A stretch of DNA of 64,000 nucleotides from positions 30,132,001-30,196,000 of the forward strand of contig OZ024752.1 in the NCBI GenBank assembly GCA_964016885.1. The letters run 5' to 3'. The notes under the pieces were generated by a model, which saw only the letters and a program-made list of their open reading frames with translations, was not told where the DNA came from and did not search any database. The stretch is from Eledone cirrhosa (taxonomy: Eukaryota). Positions 52,327 through 64,000 of the stretch are shown here, one piece after another (position 1 is the first letter of the stretch; each line of letters begins with the position of its first letter). The translations under genes and the position numbers were made by a program.

Positions 52327-53685
52327 TTGAACTCTTTGAGTCGGAAAATTCCTCAACTTCGCGGTGGAATTTATCGTGACGATGGACTCTTTACTATCTT
52401 AAATTGCAACATAGTTAACCTTAATATTATTAAGAACAATATACGTAATCTCTTTAACCAACATAACTTAAAAATTGAATTTGATAACAGCATCAAACTA
52501 GCTAATGTCTTGGATGTATCTCTTAATCTTGACACTGGCCTATATTACCCTTACCATAAAAACAATGAGAACCTAAATTATGTTAATTTTAAATCTAACC
52601 ACCCCACTAATATTAAGAATGCTATAGTTAGTAATATTGGAAAAAGAATATCTAACCTATCTTCTAATAAAAACATCTTTGATGCTAACGCCAATTACTA
52701 TATTAACGCGCTTTCTAAAGCCGGCTATCCTGATAAAATCAAATATAGTAAAGAAACAAATTCTAGAAGATCTTACAGTATAATAATTAATCATGATCAT
52801 TCCAATAACTTTAATAAAAGACCTAGATACAAAAACATAATCTGGTATAATGCTCCTTTCTCTATTTCTATTAATAATAATATTCCTAAATTATTCTTTA
52901 GTGCCTTAAATAAATGCTTCCCTCCCTCACATATCTATAGTAAAATATTTAACAAACACACTATAAAATGTTCCTATTCGACCTCCTCCAACATTTCCAA
53001 CATTATCTCTAAACACAACAATAAAATACTAAATACTAAATCTCTTCCTTCCAACACTGAATATCATAATAATAGTAATAGTACTCCCGACGTCATTGTA
53101 AACTCTAGTCTAATTTCTGCAAACCCAAATACAACGTCAAACACAACTTCACTAAATCAAGAAACTATTATTCCTATCGTAAATAACTTCTCCAATCCAA
53201 TTCCTTCTATAGATAACACTAGGTCGCTCGTTAATAACTCTGCTAATCTCTCTAATCGCAATTGCAATGTTAAAAATATATGTCCTCTCAACAACCATTG
53301 TCTTGAAAAAAACTTAATCTACGAATGTAAAGTTATAACTGACACCAATTCCTTCACCTATTTTGGCTCCACTTCCACCTCCTTTAAAGCTCGTCTTTAT
53401 AATCATCATTCGTCTTTTAAATACCAACTTAAAAGAACCAACACGGCACTCTCAGAACTCATATGGTCCTTGAAAGACAAAAATATTAAATATAACATCT
53501 CTTGGAAAAAGGTTTGTTCTGCTTCTACATACTTGAACAGTTCTCTATCGAAGACTTGCAATCTCTGTTTAAATGAAAAATTTACCATTATATCTAATTT
53601 AGATTCTATAATAAATAGACGCACTGACTTGTTTTCTCTCTGCTTGCATAAATTCCACAGAACATTCCATAAAGTATACAGCTAA
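52327..53685 (+). CDS. PLE RT C-terminal half + GIY-YIG endonuclease (5'-truncated)
   Basis: [55 protein letters not shown]. Confidence 0.9.
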   Translation: MNSLSRKIPQLRGGIYRDDGLFTILNCNIVNLNIIKNNIRNLFNQHNLKIEFDNSIKLANVLDVSLNLDTGLYYPYHKNNENLNYVNFKSNHPTNIKNAIVSNIGKRISNLSSNKNIFDANANYYINALSKAGYPDKIKYSKETNSRRSYSIIINHDHSNNFNKRPRYKNIIWYNAPFSISINNNIPKLFFSALNKCFPPSHIYSKIFNKHTIKCSYSTSSNISNIISKHNNKILNTKSLPSNTEYHNNSNSTPDVIVNSSLISANPNTTSNTTSLNQETIIPIVNNFSNPIPSIDNTRSLVNNSANLSNRNCNVKNICPLNNHCLEKNLIYECKVITDTNSFTYFGSTSTSFKARLYNHHSSFKYQLKRTNTALSELIWSLKDKNIKYNISWKKVCSASTYLNSSLSKTCNLCLNEKFTIISNLDSIINRRTDLFSLCLHKFHRTFHKVYS

Positions 53686-54601
53686 TATCTAATAGTTTAT
53701 CAATTTAAAATCCTTTTCTCAAAGGCACATATTTATATATACCTCTTTAAAAATATACCCATCTTTCTACCTTATTTCAAAGTTATTTATTATACATTAT
53801 ATAATACTAGTTACTCATTCTATATCACTCCTATTTATCACTCCCCTTTCTTCCTTTTCCTTTTCTTTTCCTTTTTCTTTTAATTTCTAACCCCTAATCT
53901 GTACCTTTTCTCATTGTGCCTAACATAGAAACAATTATTACACAGTACAATATATTCTTACTTTATATGACCTTGAAAAAATCCTTCGTAAACATAAACA
54001 TGTTTTTGACGTTAGATTATTCATCCTCAATTCATTATTTTTTTCTCCCTTTCATCTAACTTATTCATCCTATCTTCTACTTCTTTCACAATATATCCTT
54101 ACTTACATTACTATTGCTTTTTTTAATAATACATATCAACATTTTCTTTCCATCGCACATATTATTAAACCCTTAAATATTATTCTTAATACTTATTAAC
54201 AATTTCTTTTCATCGCACATATTACTAAACCCTTCAATATACAAACCTTAACTTAACATTATTTTTCTCTTCGTAATTTTCAAATTCTTTTAATTTATAT
54301 ATTATCTTCCAACGGTTTTTCAACCTCTCTATGTAAAACAATATATTTTTCTCAGTTATAAAAGCTATCTCTCTCTCTCTATCACCCATCTCTCCTCTTA
54401 TCTCATCCTTCCTCATTATACTCCACCCCCCTCCACTTTCTACTCTCATCTCCTCCTCGTTTTCATCCTTTCCAACCTCCCTCCCCCCCTCAAAAAATCT
54501 TTTTTCCCAATATCACACATCAATCTAAAACTACTTTTCATATGTTGATTTAAAACTGGACTATTCACAAGTGTTTTTTAACCTTCATATCATGTCTTCC
54601 T

Positions 54602-54670
54602 ATTTTATCTGATGAAAACACAAATGTTATTGCATGATGAGATTTGTTTTTGAAATTCGCATAATAAAAT
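54602..54670 (+). ncRNA. Hammerhead ribozyme
   Basis: ATTTTAT-CTGATGA-AAACACAAAT...ATTTGTTTTT-GAAA-TTCGCA-TA-ATAAAAT, with a perfect 7-bp stem I. Confidence 0.85.
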
Positions 54671-54799
54671 ACATGGAACTCTTTTAACCATCTTCTGATC
54701 TTATATATTATGTATACTCCAGTCCTACAAACTGTAGAGTGCTTCTTATCCGATATCTGCATTGCTTTATTGTACTACAATAAAACTCAGCTCAGCTCC

Positions 54800-54891
<92 letters not shown>

Positions 54892-54893
<2 letters not shown>

Positions 54894-55358
54894 CGATATT
54901 AAATAAATGGAAACTATATTTATAAAACCATATTTATTTCATTATATATATTTCAGGGATATCATATTAACAATATGCTATGCCTTCCTCAGACAAAATA
55001 CAATATAAACAGTTTTATAGATAAATAGATTTGACATACCGTACAACATCGACTTGTATTTGAAAAGTTGAATTGGCAGTTGACTGCCAATTCAACTTTT
55101 CAAATACAAGTCGATGTTGTACGGTATGTCAAATCTATTTATCTATAAAACTGTTTATATTGTATTTTGTCTGAGGAAGGCATAGCATATTGTTAATATG
55201 ATATCCCTGAAATATATATAATGAAATAAATATGGTTTTATAAATATAGTTTCCATTTATTTAATATCGTAAATATACTCCAAATACTTGTCGAGTGCTT
55301 TTATATCAGTTATAAATATTTACAAGTTGTAACCCAACAATTTAAATATAACTTTACA
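54892..55358. mobile_element. Palindrome (189-bp arms, 2-nt loop) plus ~85-bp tail; PLE terminus with HHR on both strands
   Basis: 54892-55080 versus 55083-55271. Confidence 0.85.
55163..55228 (+). ncRNA. Hammerhead ribozyme (mirror copy 54935-55000, -)
   Basis: TATTTTGT-CTGAGGA-AGG...CCT-GAAA-TATATA-TA-ATGAAATA. Confidence 0.75.
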
Positions 55359-55457
55359 TGTATATATATATATACATATATATATATACATATATACATA
55401 GATATATATATATAAATATATATATATACATATATATATATACATATATACATAGAT

Positions 55458-55502
<45 letters not shown>

Positions 55503-55550
55503 CATATATACATACATATACATATATATATACATACATATATATATATA

Positions 55551-55945
55551 TGGTGGCTGCCAACTCGTTTTCGAGTACGGCCACTACTTTATATCCATGT
55601 AGCAGAACCCTCACCGATGCGCTGAATGAGTGTGACTTTTTAGTCCAGCCAGCGACTTGAAAACTCTGGTACAAGTGCAGAGAGATCTCCAAATATAAAG
55701 CAATGCCTGTGCCATGAAGCTTTTATAGTGAGCAAAGGCACTGCACAAAGCCAGTCCCACTCTCTTAACCAAGATGATATTTACCAAAAAGAAGAACAAG
55801 TCAACATCATTGGATACAATCAGGGTTGCAGGTGTTATATCAGAGTTTTCCTTCTCCTAGAATTCTGCCTTGACAAAGGCTAAGGGGTCATCTCTCCCGG
55901 TGATTTTGGATGGCCATTGACTCTTAAGAGCTCCTTTGCCCTTTG
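55551..55945 (-). mobile_element. Bipartite non-autonomous RTE-type element, copy 3 (internal deletion between ACAA microhomologies)
   Basis: Same ends as 51181-51635; lacks about 60 bp after CTCTGGTACAA. Confidence 0.75.
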
Positions 55946-56008
55946 TATATATATATATATATATATACATATATACATACATATATATACATATATATAT
56001 ATATATAC

Positions 56009-56041
<33 letters not shown>

Positions 56042-56283
56042 CATGCATATATATATACATATATACATGCATATATAAATATATACATGCATATATACAT
56101 ACATATATATATATACGTACATATATACATACATATATATATATACATACATATATACATACATATATATATACATACATATATATATATACATCCATAT
56201 ATACATACATACATATATACATATATATATATACATACATATATACATACATATATATACATGCATATATACATACATACATA

Positions 56284-56319
<36 letters not shown>

Positions 56320-56826
56320 CATATATATATATATAAGTAAGATGTATGGTAGGTCGTATGTGAATCGCGATGATCACGTCTGACCTACCAAATATGTGAC
56401 GGTAGCTAGTTAAGCTCTATGCGTATACGCAGAGCAGAAATATTAGTGAAAAAGAACAAAGGAACTATTATGACATTATAACAAGTTTATTGCCGACAGC
56501 AATATATATACATATATATATATATATATAGATATATACATATATAAATACATATATACATACATATATACATATACATACATATATACATACATATATA
56601 TATATATACATATATATACATACATATATATATACATACATATATACATACATATATATATACACATATATATATATACATATATATATACATACATACA
56701 TATATATATACATACATATATATATACATACATATATATATACATACATATATATATACATACATATATATATATATATATGTACATATATACATACATA
56801 TATATACATACATTATTATATATACA

Positions 56827-56857
<31 letters not shown>

Positions 56858-56867
56858 TATTATATAA

Positions 56868-56910
<43 letters not shown>

Positions 56911-57010
56911 CATATATACATATATATATACATACATATATACATACATATATATATACATACATATATACATACATATATATATATATACATACATATA
57001 TACATACATA

Positions 57011-57143
<133 letters not shown>

Positions 57144-57150
57144 ATATACA

Positions 57151-57190
<40 letters not shown>

Positions 57191-57403
57191 CATATACATA
57201 CATATATATATATACATACATATATATATACATATACATACATATACATATACATACATATATATATATAGATATATATATAGATACATATATATATACA
57301 TATATATATATAGATATATATATAGATACATATATATATACATATATAAATATGTACATATATATATATACATACATAGATATATACATATATACATAAT
57401 ACA

Positions 57404-57575
57404 TAAGAGGACGTGTTAAAGTTTGGTTGAAGCATTGTGAAATATGTAAAATATGTAGTTTTGTTTTCCTTTTTCGTTTCTCTCAATTTTCACTTTTCTC
57501 CTATTTCTCACTCACTTCTTACCTCGAGATTTCCCATCTGCATTGTTGTGGCTTTCTAAACTACATATTTTATGT
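57404..57575. other. Small insert with 15-bp inverted ends plus one-sided tail
   Basis: TAAAATATGTAGTTT (~57446) / AAACTACATATTTTA (~57558), with about 40 bp of extra sequence on the left. Confidence 0.5.
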
Positions 57576-57621
57576 ATATACATATATATATATATATACA
57601 TATATATACATATATATATAC

Positions 57622-57700
<79 letters not shown>

Positions 57701-57707
57701 GTATATA

Positions 57708-57761
<54 letters not shown>

Positions 57762-58270
57762 CATATATATATATTGTTATACTTTGGGAGGGTCATGTTG
57801 CCAATAAGAAACACACGCACCAGTTGCTTTCACTTCAATTTAATTTAATATATATTTATAAATTTACAAATTTATAAATTTCTGGTTGGTTGGTTGGTTC
57901 CACAACCAGATAGTTGTTTATATATATATAGTCATAGTTCTTTCGTCACACACTCTGTGACCTCTTCAGTGACTGGGGATTTCTTTCTTCGTTTCTGTGC
58001 CTTTCCTTTCTTCTATCCTACGCCATTTTGTTTGTGTGTGGGTTGCGTGCTCAGTTTGCGCATGCGCCACATCCGGGTGTCTGTGTGTGTTTGTGTTCAT
58101 TTTTCTATTTTTCTATTTATATTTGTTTGTTTATTTATTTATTTATTGTTGGTTGGTTGTTTGTTCTATGTGTGTGTGTGTTTTCATTTTGTCTTGTGTG
58201 TGTTTTCATTTTGTGTGTGTTTTCAATTGTAAGTTGTTTATATATGTGTGTGTGTGTTTTCATTTTGTCC

Positions 58271-61200
58271 TTAATTGTAAGTTGTGATGTTGCTGTTCCA
58301 CTCATATTTTCTATTTAATTTTGGTTTTAATTCTTTTATGCTTACTGCCTCTGTAATTTGCCTAAACATTGCGTCTTTCTTGTGTGTGGATTCTATTTTT
58401 ATTTCTATGCTCTCTAATTTACCCCTGTGTTCTATCTTAGCATGTTGGTAGAGCACAGATGATTCTTTACTATCTTGGAGGTCTCGCCAGTGTTCATTTA
58501 TTCGTTCCCCTATACTACGAGCTGTCTCACCTATGTACACTATATTTTTGTTTCTACATTGTCCCTCAGTACATCTTATACTATATACTACATTTCTAGT
58601 TTTACAGTTAATATGGGGGCTTATTTTACAGGTTATACATTTCTTATCTATACATGAGGGTCTTTGGAACGGGTATGTCTTGCTAATAAGTGTTTTTACG
58701 GAGGTACCAGGTCTTTCTACTATCTTAATATTGAGATTATGTTTCTTTAGGGCCCTTCTAAATTTGTAGGCTAGTTCACCTCTAGGGGTTGTATTGATGA
58801 ACATTACACTCTGGTATTTATTGCTATCATACCATGAGTTTATTCTATTGGCCTTGTTCTTAGTTCTTTCTATTCTATTCCAAAATTTGCTCCTATACAA
58901 GGGGCAGGTCCCATTTATGTCATTATTTACCATTTTTTCCCATTTGGTTCTGGCTCCTTTATACACTCTGATTCTATCTCTCTGATTGTAGCCAGAGAAT
59001 TGCATACGGTGGATGAAGTGTTGTATGTGTCTCTCTAGTTCTTCGGGGTTGCACATGCGGGACACATTTCTCATCACCCGTATCAAATCCGCAATCAGTA
59101 TGTTGATTTTGGTATGGTCCGAAATGGCCGAGTTTCGGTGGATCAGATGTTTGGAAGTCATGGGTTTGGCATAATGGGAATGGAGGATTTGTTTTTGGTT
59201 GTTAATAGTATCTAACCAGAGCTCTGTGTCTAGTACAGGTAATCGATGGTTGGGGTGTCTACTTGGGTAGTCTATAGTAACTCTAATGCTCTGGTGGATG
59301 GAGTTTGCTATTTGCTGGATGCTTTCCATTGTGTTTTTCTCAGGTTCCTGACTGTTCTTTAGTGGGGGTGTCTTAACTACGATGTTTATATCATCTACGT
59401 AGCGGGAGTACATTATCAGGGTTAATCTGTCTTCTAATTGTTCTTTAAGTTTTTGTTTAAGTCTACTGTCCCACCATACCATGAACAAGTTAGCTATGTC
59501 GCCTGCAATGCTAACACCAATGGCTGCTCCTTCCTCTTGGGCATATGTTTTACCATTAAATTTGAACATATGTTCCTTAAGGGTTAATTTTATGCTGGCC
59601 CCTACCGCATGTGCAATCATTTTCTTCAGTTCATCGTGGTTTTCGGGTGTCCGTATGGCTCTGGTCCACCCGTTCCATCTATCTGTGTGGGTTTTCTTGG
59701 CCATTGAGGTAATGGTAGGTGGTCTGCCTCTTGCTGGTCTTGTAGGGCACAGGTTGCTAAGGTCATAAGTGTCTAGGTAACTATTACTATGGGTAAGCTT
59801 AAGTAGAAGTCCCAGCTCACTGGTATCAATCCCACGGAACTCAACCTTGCTCTCGCTGATCATTTCGACGCATTTCTCCACAGCAAAATCCACGTCAATA
59901 GATGGATACAGGGACACAACATCCATACTGCCTATTATGCAGTTTGTTAGGTCCCCAGATCGGTTACCCGCGTCGATTCTGCTGAGGAGGTCCTCCGTGC
60001 TGTCACACACATCTGGGGACATCTCAATGATGGGGCGTATGATCAGGGAGAGGAAGTAGGACAGTCTGTAGTTACTAGCAATGTTAGCCCCACAGACTGG
60101 CCGTGTTGGTGGTCCCGCGACAGGGTCCCAGCCCGTTTTATGGTCTTTTCGAAGCCCATACAACGCCGGCACGTCATTGTTCCAGGCCTGGAAGTTGTTG
60201 GCAGTCCTTTTGTTGGGCTGCATTATATTTGTCCACATCACCATATGGGCATTGAGGGTTTTTTCTCTGTCCTCATGCTCCTGTGGTGTTACCTCTCTTG
60301 TGTTAGTGATGTGGGGTTGCATTGCCTGGATGTAGTTTGGCAGGCTGTCAACCGACATTCTGCCAGACTTGTCTGTTGGAAAGCATGCTATCTCTCCATT
60401 ACGCGAGCGCTGCATGAGCTTACGCAAGCCATTTGCAGATTCTTCTCCCAGTTGCTGGGCCTCTATTCTATTATGCTTCTTGCTATACTGTTCTATAATA
60501 TTTCTAAGTTCGGATTTAGCTATACTAAATTGTGCTTCTGTTTGTTCATCGACCTGCGACGGCAACTGCGTGCGTTTGTTAAATGGCAAAGTCGTGGCGT
60601 GGACTCGTCGTAGGTCGAATGATTTATCGGAGGGGTTATAAAACGGAGAGTTCCAGGCTGCTGCTTTATGTGTACTTGCGCTATTGTTAGTTGTGTTGTT
60701 TCTATTTCCACCAACAGCAGCAGCCTCAGCTTCATGGTTGTTTCTATGTCTCTCATAATTACTCCTGTCTCTTTCCACTGGCTCAATGTTGTTATCTACC
60801 CTATTTTGTGTGTCTGTGTGTTCGTCTTGGTTATTCTCTTTGTCCTTAGTCTCCCTACTCCTTTTAATCCTATTACTTTCTCTTATTTCTCTGATTTCTG
60901 TGCTACTGTCATTACTTGTTTTCTGTGTCTGTGTGTTTAAGATTGTAGTGGTGGTGAGAGGCATTGAATGTGTGTGTGTTGTTGTTGTTGATGTGTGTTG
61001 TTGTTGATGTGTGTTGTTGTCTCCGTGTGTGTGTTTGTTATCGTTGTTGTGTGTGTTGTTATTGTTGTTTGTGTTTGCGTGTCTGTTGTTGTTGTATCTG
61101 GGTATGTTGCTGTTGTTGTTGTTGTTGATGTGTGTGTTGTTGTTATTGTTGTCTCCGTGTGTGTTGTTATTGTTGTTTGTGTCTGCGTGTCTGTTGTATC

Positions 61201-61380
61201 TGGGTATGTTGCTATTGTTGGTATTGTATCTGGGTATGTTGCTATTGTTGTTGTTATTGTTGTTTGTGTCTGTGTGTCTGTTGTTGTTGGGATGTGTGTT
61301 GTATATGTGTGTGCGTATATTGTTGCTTTTGTTTTTGTTTTTGATGCTCCAGCGTAGTTTCGTAAATGATTTTTCTATAA
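58271..61380 (-). CDS. PLE RT + GIY-YIG endonuclease; frame open upstream of the Met at 60964
   Basis: IEKSFTKLRW at the 5' end, TDKSG, KDHK, MDVVSLYPS, GAAIG, RYVDD, LPVLD, C-x4-CxxC linker, VVY..YIGET.R...R..EH, H..H. Confidence 0.92.
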
Positions 61381-61407
61381 ATGATTTTTCTATAAATGAT
61401 TTTTTTT

Positions 61408-62625
61408 TTGTTCATGGTATGGTGGGACAGTAGACTTAAACAAAAACTTAAAGAACAATTAGAAGACAGATTAACCCTGATAATGTACTCCCGCTACGTA
61501 GATGATATAAACATCGTAGTTAAGACACCCCCACTAAAGAACAGTCAGGAACCTGAGAAAAACACAATGGAAAGCATCCAGCAAATAGCAAACTCCATCC
61601 ACCAGAGCATTAGAGTTACTATAGACTACCCAAGTAGACACCCCAACCATCGATTACCTGTACTAGACACAGAGCTCTGGTTAGATACTATTAACAACCA
61701 AAAACAAATCCTCCATTCCCATTATGCCAAACCCATGACTTCCAAACATCTGATCCACCGAAACTCGGCCATTTCGGACCATACCAAAATCAACATACTG
61801 ATTGCGGATTTGATACGGGTGATGAGAAATGTGTCCCGCATGTGCAACCCCGAAGAACTAGAGAGACACATACAACACTTCATCCACCGTATGCAATTCT
61901 CTGGCTACAATCAGAGAGATAGAATCAGAGTGTATAAAGGAGCCAGAACCAAATGGGAAAAAATGGTAAATAATGACATAAATGGGACCTGCCCCTTGTA
62001 TAGGAGCAAATTTTGGAATAGAATAGAAAGAACTAAGAACAAGGCCAATAGAATAAACTCATGGTATGATAGCAATAAATACCAGAGTGTAATGTTCATC
62101 AATACAACCCCTAGAGGTGAACTAGCCTACAAATTTAGAAGGGCCCTAAAGAAACATAATCTCAATATTAAGATAGTAGAAAGACCTGGTACCTCCGTAA
62201 AAACACTTATTAGCAAGACATACCCGTTCCAAAGACCCTCATGTATAGATAAGAAATGTATAACCTGTAAAATAAGCCCCCATATTAACTGTAAAACTAG
62301 AAATGTAGTATATAGCATAAGATGTACTGAGGGACAATGTAGAAACAAAAATATAGTGTACATAGGTGAGACAGCTCGTAGTATAGGGGAACGAATAAAT
62401 GAACACTGGCGAGACCTCCAAGATAGTAAAGAATCATCTGTGCTCTACCAACATGCTAAGATAGAACACAGGGGTAAATTAGAGAGCATAGAAATAAAAA
62501 TAGAATCCACACACAAGAAAGACGCAATGTTTAGGCAAATTACAGAGGCAGTAAGCATAAAAGAATTAAAACCAAAATTAAATAGAAAATATGAGTGGAA
62601 CAGCAACATCACAACTTACAATTAA
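61408..62625 (+). CDS. Inverted partial copy of the same PLE ORF (RT motif C to endonuclease)
   Basis: Protein identical to the C-terminal ~404 aa of 58271-60964. Confidence 0.9.
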   Translation: MFMVWWDSRLKQKLKEQLEDRLTLIMYSRYVDDINIVVKTPPLKNSQEPEKNTMESIQQIANSIHQSIRVTIDYPSRHPNHRLPVLDTELWLDTINNQKQILHSHYAKPMTSKHLIHRNSAISDHTKINILIADLIRVMRNVSRMCNPEELERHIQHFIHRMQFSGYNQRDRIRVYKGARTKWEKMVNNDINGTCPLYRSKFWNRIERTKNKANRINSWYDSNKYQSVMFINTTPRGELAYKFRRALKKHNLNIKIVERPGTSVKTLISKTYPFQRPSCIDKKCITCKISPHINCKTRNVVYSIRCTEGQCRNKNIVYIGETARSIGERINEHWRDLQDSKESSVLYQHAKIEHRGKLESIEIKIESTHKKDAMFRQITEAVSIKELKPKLNRKYEWNSNITTYN

Positions 62626-62920
62626 GGACAAAATGAAAACACACACACACATATATAAACAACTTACAATTGAAAACACACACAAAATGAAAACACACAC
62701 AAGACAAAATGAAAACACACACACACATAGAACAAACAACCAACCAACAATAAATAAATAAATAAACAAACAAATATAAATAGAAAAATAGAAAAATGAA
62801 CACAAACACACACAGACACCCGGATGTGGCGCATGCGCAAACTGAGCACGCAACCCACACACAAACAAAATGCGTAGGATAGAAGAAAGGAAAGGCACAG
62901 AAACGAAGAAAGAAATCCCC

Positions 62921-62965
62921 AGTCACTGAAGAGGTCACAGAGTGTGTGACGAAAGAACTATGACT
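62921..62965 (+). ncRNA. Minimal hammerhead ribozyme (mirror copy 57930-57974, -)
   Basis: AGTCA-CTGAAGA-GGTCAC AGAGTGT GTGAC-GAAA-GAAC-TA-TGACT. Confidence 0.85.
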
Positions 62966-63179
62966 ATATATATATAAACAACTATCTGGTTGTGGAACCA
63001 ACCAACCAACCAGAAATTTATAAATTTGTAAATTTATAAATATATATTAAATTAAATTGAAGTGAAAGCAACTGGTGCGTGTGTTTCTTATTGGCAACAT
63101 GACCCTCCAAAGTATAACAATATCGGTTTCAACACACGATTTCAGATAAAGAATCTTGCTAAACAAATTCAGAAACGAC

Positions 63180-63266
<87 letters not shown>

Positions 63267-63341
63267 CATATATATATACATATATATATATACATATATA
63301 TATATACATATATATACATATATATATGTATATATATATAC

Positions 63342-63372
<31 letters not shown>

Positions 63373-63408
63373 CATATATATATATACAATATATATATAT
63401 ATATACAT

Positions 63409-63454
<46 letters not shown>

Positions 63455-63455
63455 C

Positions 63456-63488
<33 letters not shown>

Positions 63489-63553
63489 CATATATATATA
63501 CATATATATATACATATATATATATACATATATATATACATATATATATATAC

Positions 63554-63600
<47 letters not shown>

Positions 63601-63615
63601 CATATATATATATAC

Positions 63616-63650
<35 letters not shown>

Positions 63651-63749
63651 CATATATATATACATATATATATACATATATATATACATATATATATACA
63701 TATATATATACATATATATATATACATATATATATACATATATATATAC

Positions 63750-63994
<245 letters not shown>

Positions 63995-64000
63995 TATATA

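Larger units (their letters stand above)
52289..54802 (+). mobile_element. 5'-truncated PLE (second Hydra-like family) with ~35-bp 5' inverted piece and ~90-bp tail
   Basis: 52289-52322 is the reverse complement of 54678-54711; ORF, long pyrimidine-rich 3' region and HHR. Confidence 0.9.
57771..63178. mobile_element. Head-to-head inverted Penelope-like element (Neptune/Nematis-type linker): long minus arm 57771-~61380, short plus arm 61408-63123, tail to ~63178
   Basis: 61408-63123 is the near-perfect reverse complement of 57771-59488; flanked by (TA)n. Confidence 0.95.

Overview
AT-rich, gene-poor animal genomic DNA. The SINE/LINE content and giant (TA)n tracts suggest an octopus or other coleoid cephalopod (inference). 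1-30 kb looks like an intron: one convincing minus-strand ankyrin-repeat exon (24887-24975), tRNA-derived SINEs, MITEs, old LINE fragments, a 32-34 bp minisatellite and a 59 bp satellite apparently built from a SINE head. 30-64 kb is a mosaic of (TA)n microsatellite filled with retroelements. These include a young RTE LINE (APE-RT-PHD) with an inverted partner, three large Penelope-like elements (PLEs; RT + GIY-YIG), several small perfect palindromes that are PLE termini, and bipartite non-autonomous RTE elements. I find intact minimal hammerhead-ribozyme motifs in at least five unrelated sequence families. Most PLE-derived inserts follow one rule: inverted arms, one ending at an internal ATAT-like site and the other carrying an extra 3' tail, which suggests twin priming on the self-complementary (TA)n target. 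There is also a CCA-ended tRNA-Trp 3' half between 24-bp direct repeats. Most ORF-track entries (Y/I/M/C runs) are microsatellite artefacts. All calls are by eye; no searches were run.
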